Positions 28,295 through 32,000 of a DNA stretch of 32,000 bases are shown here, piece by piece. The notes beneath the pieces are model-generated. The model worked only from the letters and a program-made list of their open reading frames with translations, did not search any database and was not told the origin of the DNA. Source of the DNA: Paramicrosporidium saccamoebae KSL3 (lineage: Eukaryota; Fungi; Cryptomycota); contig MTSL01000169.1 in assembly GCA_002794465.1 (NCBI GenBank), positions 46,546 through 78,545 of the forward strand. The letters run 5' to 3'. Positions within the stretch are counted from its first letter, which is position 1. Each line of letters starts with the position of its first letter. The position numbers and the translations under genes are program-made.

Positions 28295-29680
28295 ATGACT
28301 GAGACTTTAAGAGAGCTGAAAACTTGGCTGGAGCTTGATTCTGATGGCATTGTACATGCAGGCGAACATCTCCGTGCCAAACTCCACATAACCACCATCG
28401 TTCCATCAGTTGAGCTTTTACTTGCGACAATACAGCTAAAGGGAATTTTAACAGTCTCCGAACACCAGGTTGCATCTGGTCCGCTCGCCGAATTGGCTAC
28501 TCTGCCTGGATATGGGGCACCATCGGCCGCACTCTATGGCGGCGGTCAGTTATTCGAGATGGCGAATCAGAAAAATGCGGCACACAAGTCGTTTCCTATA
28601 TTCTCTGCCCCACCCTCGGTTATAGTTTCAGCCGAAAGCCTACACGAACATGTCCAGTATTCATGTAATAATTCCACTTTGATTGATGGTATAGATGAGT
28701 GGATTATGCCCTTGACAAGAGAAATGATTCCTTCCTACGAATCTGCCGCCATTATTGTAAAGTATTCAGTTTTGATCGGGTTACAGTTTGCAAATGGCAC
28801 TGATATAGTGTTTGAACGTAATGTTCGCATCCTGCCCGCCTTTAATAGCCAAAAACGGTTGGACCATGAGGAAATTCCCCTGCCATTCTTGTACTTTAAC
28901 TTTGAAAAGCCGCTAAACTACGTTTGTGACAATGCCTATACACGGGTCATGTACCCTGAACGTGGGAGGACAGGCTCGGTATGGGATCGGTGCTACATAC
29001 ATGGAAAGCTCCCAAAGTTGGAAGACTTCAAAAAATACTGCCGACATCCTCTAAATGATCGGCTTCCAGTTGACGAGCCCCCACCATCCCAAGCAAGCAT
29101 GTTCAACGTTGTTGCCTTAGAGTCACAGTCGGCAATCTTTACTCTAAAGTCGGGAGAGGATGTTGTGGCGCTGGTCAAGTTGGGCAAAACTACACTGAGG
29201 TTGGGCGAGGAGCTAACTTGCCTCATAAAATTTGATTCAAAAAACTGGAGCTCATTCCAACTGGCTGCCTCTCTAATTTTCACAGAGACGATCCCCGAGA
29301 AATACTCACGGAATGGAAACGTGCGAATATCAAGACAGATTTACCGAAGACACGAGCAAGCCTGCTGGATGAGCCAAGAGCAGTCCTTTTCCCTCTCCTT
29401 GCCCAGCGACTCCAACCCCACCATGTACTCGAATCTCTTCACATCAGCATGGTCAATCGACTTTTCTCTAGTCTGCCACCAAACTAACAATGATCGATCA
29501 GAGAATGCTAGTCCTAGTCCATTCCTGTCAGAGATTACTCCGGGAGGGCCAGACAACCTACTTTTGGAGTTTTCAGTTCCGATTTTGGTGGTTCCCAGTT
29601 TGGCTGTCCTTCTCTCCCTTTCCAGGATCGCCAATCCCGAGACGCATTCCACCGGAGAAATTCAGACAATCTCTCTCTAA
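28295..29680 (+). CDS. RGP1: Rgp1 (Ric1-Rgp1 Rab6/Ypt6 GEF subunit)
   Basis: AGEHL.A.L.IT, FPIFSAPPSV, MIPSYESAAIIVKYSVLIG (cf. PPSY.G..I...Y.L.IG) and LP.DSNPTMYSNLFTSAWSIDF. Probable in-frame 30-nt intron at 28665-28694. Confidence 0.7.
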   Translation: MTETLRELKTWLELDSDGIVHAGEHLRAKLHITTIVPSVELLLATIQLKGILTVSEHQVASGPLAELATLPGYGAPSAALYGGGQLFEMANQKNAAHKSFPIFSAPPSVIVSAESLHEHVQYSCNNSTLIDGIDEWIMPLTREMIPSYESAAIIVKYSVLIGLQFANGTDIVFERNVRILPAFNSQKRLDHEEIPLPFLYFNFEKPLNYVCDNAYTRVMYPERGRTGSVWDRCYIHGKLPKLEDFKKYCRHPLNDRLPVDEPPPSQASMFNVVALESQSAIFTLKSGEDVVALVKLGKTTLRLGEELTCLIKFDSKNWSSFQLAASLIFTETIPEKYSRNGNVRISRQIYRRHEQACWMSQEQSFSLSLPSDSNPTMYSNLFTSAWSIDFSLVCHQTNNDRSENASPSPFLSEITPGGPDNLLLEFSVPILVVPSLAVLLSLSRIANPETHSTGEIQTISL

Positions 29681-29718
29681 ACCTGTAGTTTAGCTGTATA
29701 TGCGTTTAGAATTGTTTA

Positions 29719-30102
29719 TTACGCTGCATTAAAAGTGGCATTTTTTGACAAATGTCCGGTTGGTGGCAGATTTTCATTTTCCAATTCCAGCTTCCTTTTC
29801 AATATTTTCGCCTTGAGATGAAATGCATAACGCGATTCTGGTATCCTCTGCTCTAAAATGTACGCATCCAATCCACCGGCCTTGTCCACTAGCTCCAATG
29901 CTGTAGTCGTCAATCTCACCCGTAGCTTCTCTTGCAGTGCCTCGCTCCATAGCGGTACATGCTGTGCATTTGGCTTCCACGTGCGGCGGGTTTTATTTCC
30001 CATCTCGGAGACTTGATTGCCAAAGCGGATGCGTTCGCCGGCATAGAGACCGTGCTGAGCGCGTTTAAATGCCTCGAGAAGAAGGGCTGTCGGACGCATC
30101 AA
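29719..30102 (-). CDS. MRPL24: Mitochondrial ribosomal protein bL28m (MrpL24-like)
   Basis: GLYAG..IRFGNQVSE.GNKTRRTWKPN...LWSEAL...RVRLTT.AL..VDKAGGLDAYIL. Confidence 0.9.
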   Translation of the reverse strand: MMRPTALLLEAFKRAQHGLYAGERIRFGNQVSEMGNKTRRTWKPNAQHVPLWSEALQEKLRVRLTTTALELVDKAGGLDAYILEQRIPESRYAFHLKAKILKRKLELENENLPPTGHLSKNATFNAA

Positions 30103-30141
30103 TGGAAAATTGTTTATCCATATAATTCTATCGACTGTATT

Positions 30142-30713
30142 TTAGCATTCGTCTACAGATCAATCACAACTGAAGGTTACCATGGAACGCCCAGATTGTC
30201 TTTTTGGGAGAGCCTCGACAGTTGCTTACATACTGATCGTTGTCCGGTGGCCGCATCTATCGTTGGAGTATTCAACAACAGCAGCTTACTTTGATCTTGC
30301 TGGAAGATAGCATGGATTGTATGCTCAAGCAGATGGCAGAGACTGTGAGTGCTGGTGACCATTGGTCGTACAGGATCGATAGACAAATGTGTCCATTTGT
30401 GTAAACATGCTCATTATCCGGGGACTCGTCAATGAACACCACCTGCCGCACACATTAGCAACCATTCCGGCAGGCACCTCTGGAGCCTCCATGGGATAAT
30501 CATTGGAGAATCGGAACTGCAACAGATATCGCTCACCTTCGTACAATGTGCCGGGTGCCCCAACAATCGATACGAACCAGCTAGAATTTAGAAACTCTAC
30601 GAGCAGTACCACTGCAGGTCTGAAGAGTCCTCTATTGAGACACCGGTAGGGGCAGCACCGCTGAGAAGCTCTGATAATTCGGCACGAAGTCGTCGTAGAT
30701 GCAGCTCGGCCAT
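30142..30713 (-). CDS. UBE2W: Ubiquitin-conjugating enzyme UBE2W (Ubc16-like), 5 exons
   Basis: Spliced product has [10 protein letters not shown]...[33 protein letters not shown] and [21 protein letters not shown]. Introns at 30581-30609, 30443-30477, 30257-30289 and 30153-30180. Confidence 0.92.
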
Positions 30714-31118
30714 TTAAGGAATTGTTGTTTTTATGTTTTTAACACCCCACCTCTTGTGTACGCCTGCACAATAGTCTGGGCATTAGGCAGTTTGGTTTGT
30801 AGTAAACAGACATTATTGGGGTTGATCCGTTGCATTTTAGGAGGTTTTTAAAGGTTGTTTTTGGGGACTTTGACTCCTCGCATCTTGACAGAGACTTTAT
30901 GGGGGATTGGAGCTGCTATATTTTGTGCAAGTTATAAAGACTCTTTATTGAGAAGCTTTTGATACGTTACATACTCGCAATATGTGTGACAGTTCTTTAT
31001 TGGGTGCTTTAATCTCTTTCATCTTAACCTTCAAAGCAAGTTTTCTGTTAAAGCATTAGTCCCACTCTGTAAAAGGCATCGATTCAAATTGGGATTCTGG
31101 GGGGTCTAAACGTAGTCG

Positions 31119-31193
31119 ATTGGCTCGCCGTAAATCCGTGAGCTGTGCGCTCCAATCAGCGTTGCGGAATACCAGGCTAGCAGCATATAAAAG
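31119..31193 (+). promoter_or_regulatory. Two CCAAT boxes plus a TATA box
   Basis: ATTGG at 31119-31123 (AGCCAATC on the minus strand), CCAAT at 31152-31156 and TATAAAAG at 31186-31193. Confidence 0.5.
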
Positions 31194-31220
31194 CTAGGAC
31201 TGCATCAGGGGCCCACAGAA

Positions 31221-31394
31221 ATGATGCTAGCAGTCAGCAAGTACATGTCTTGGATCTGCGCCGCCGGTATAGCCCTCCTGGCATACGCTTTTCTTGCCAA
31301 ATCCTGTCAATTTATGAAATCCTACGTTATGAACGCTGTTGTATCCCGCCTTATAAACTACGCTATCACTCACATTTTTCATATCGAAAAATAA
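31221..31394 (+). CDS. Candidate 57-aa single-pass membrane microprotein
   Basis: The ATG lies 28 nt after the TATA box end. Translation is MMLAVSKYMSWICAAGIALLAYAFLAKSCQFMKSYVMNAVVSRLINYAITHIFHIEK*, with a hydrophobic stretch WICAAGIALLAYAFLA. It falls below the ORF-track length cutoff. Confidence 0.35.
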   Translation: MMLAVSKYMSWICAAGIALLAYAFLAKSCQFMKSYVMNAVVSRLINYAITHIFHIEK

Positions 31395-31652
31395 GAAGAA
31401 CGCTTGTACTGCTACGTGTCCGCTGGCCGGCAGCTAGTAGCTGTAGCCCGATACCTCTTGTGCTACAACTACGGTGGATCGCACTGTCACTCAAACAAAG
31501 TCAATTTTCTGCCTTCTGGTTTCTTTTTGAAATTCGTGTGCTCCTCTTTCAGGCTTCTAGTCTTGTAAGCCTTGCTACTTCGGGGACTACATTTTCGCTC
31601 GCATTGCATAGATCATGATAAATTGCCTTTTGTTTTATATTTTTGCAGTCTG

Positions 31653-31686
31653 TAGTATAGTATATAGTATATAGTATATAGTATAT
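31653..31686 (+). repeat. (TATATAG)n microsatellite
   Basis: TAG TATAG TATATAG TATATAG TATATAG TATAT. Confidence 0.8.
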
Positions 31687-32000
31687 GATTGTGATGTAGA
31701 GGATTGATTGGTTGGGCATTTGAGGATAGTTCTCTAGTTTGGAGAAGACATAGTTGGAACAATCGACGAAAGATAATGAAATCTATACTTTTACCTTTTA
31801 GGATCGCTACTACGGCGGTTGAGAGGCCATCAAAGGGCATATAAATTTATAACAGACTTTCCTCGCCTTCCGAATAAAGAATGGTGACATGATAGCAATG
31901 CCTTAATAGCTTGGGATCCAGAGTGATGATACCCCCTAGCAAAGAAGGCGCCTGCTGTGGATCATTATTTCATTTTCGGCCTGTTTCCTTTGGAGAACCT

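Noticed and set aside
339-30294. Numerous 60-150-aa ORFs antisense to or nested in identified genes
   Set aside because: They are shadow ORFs of conserved coding regions with no independent evidence.
31250-31840. ORF-track calls 31250-31618 (+) and 31613-31840 (-)
   Set aside because: No recognisable motifs. The second runs through the TATATAG microsatellite and the first overlaps the better-supported small ORF out of frame.
31849-31960. Possible terminal exon on the minus strand (QAPSLLGGIITLDPKLLRHCYHVTILYSEGEESLL*) of a gene beyond the window
   Set aside because: There is a plausible acceptor (CCACAG), but the segment is too short and motif-free to support without downstream sequence.

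Overview
Very gene-dense eukaryotic nuclear DNA of fungal or fungus-like type. It holds about 23 protein-coding genes with intergenic gaps often under 100 nt and tiny GT-AG spliceosomal introns (28-43 nt, often with a CTAAY-like branch site). The genes in order are: GATA factor (5' end uncertain), Wee1 kinase, ATP12, IST3/RBMX2, COX11, a membrane-anchored subtilisin, MPH1/FANCM, NDUFAF7, HOP2, RBM22/SLT11, MBF1, MCM5, a probable TFIIIC delta subunit, an arrestin-fold protein, an equilibrative nucleoside transporter, PRP38, RPL10, two divergently transcribed ADAM metalloprotease-disintegrins, RRS1, RGP1, mitochondrial bL28m and UBE2W. A candidate 57-aa membrane microprotein lies near the end. 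Two degenerate minisatellite arrays lie 3' of genes. Extreme compaction together with retained respiratory-chain assembly factors is consistent with an early-diverging, reduced fungal relative such as a rozellid (inference only). The most notable items are the head-to-head ADAM paralog pair, whose members differ in intron content and apparently in anchor type (GPI-like versus transmembrane), the two structured repeat arrays, and divergent start codons only 23 nt apart. No mobile elements, CRISPR arrays, tRNA or rRNA genes were recognised. All family assignments come from motif recognition by eye; no database searches were run.
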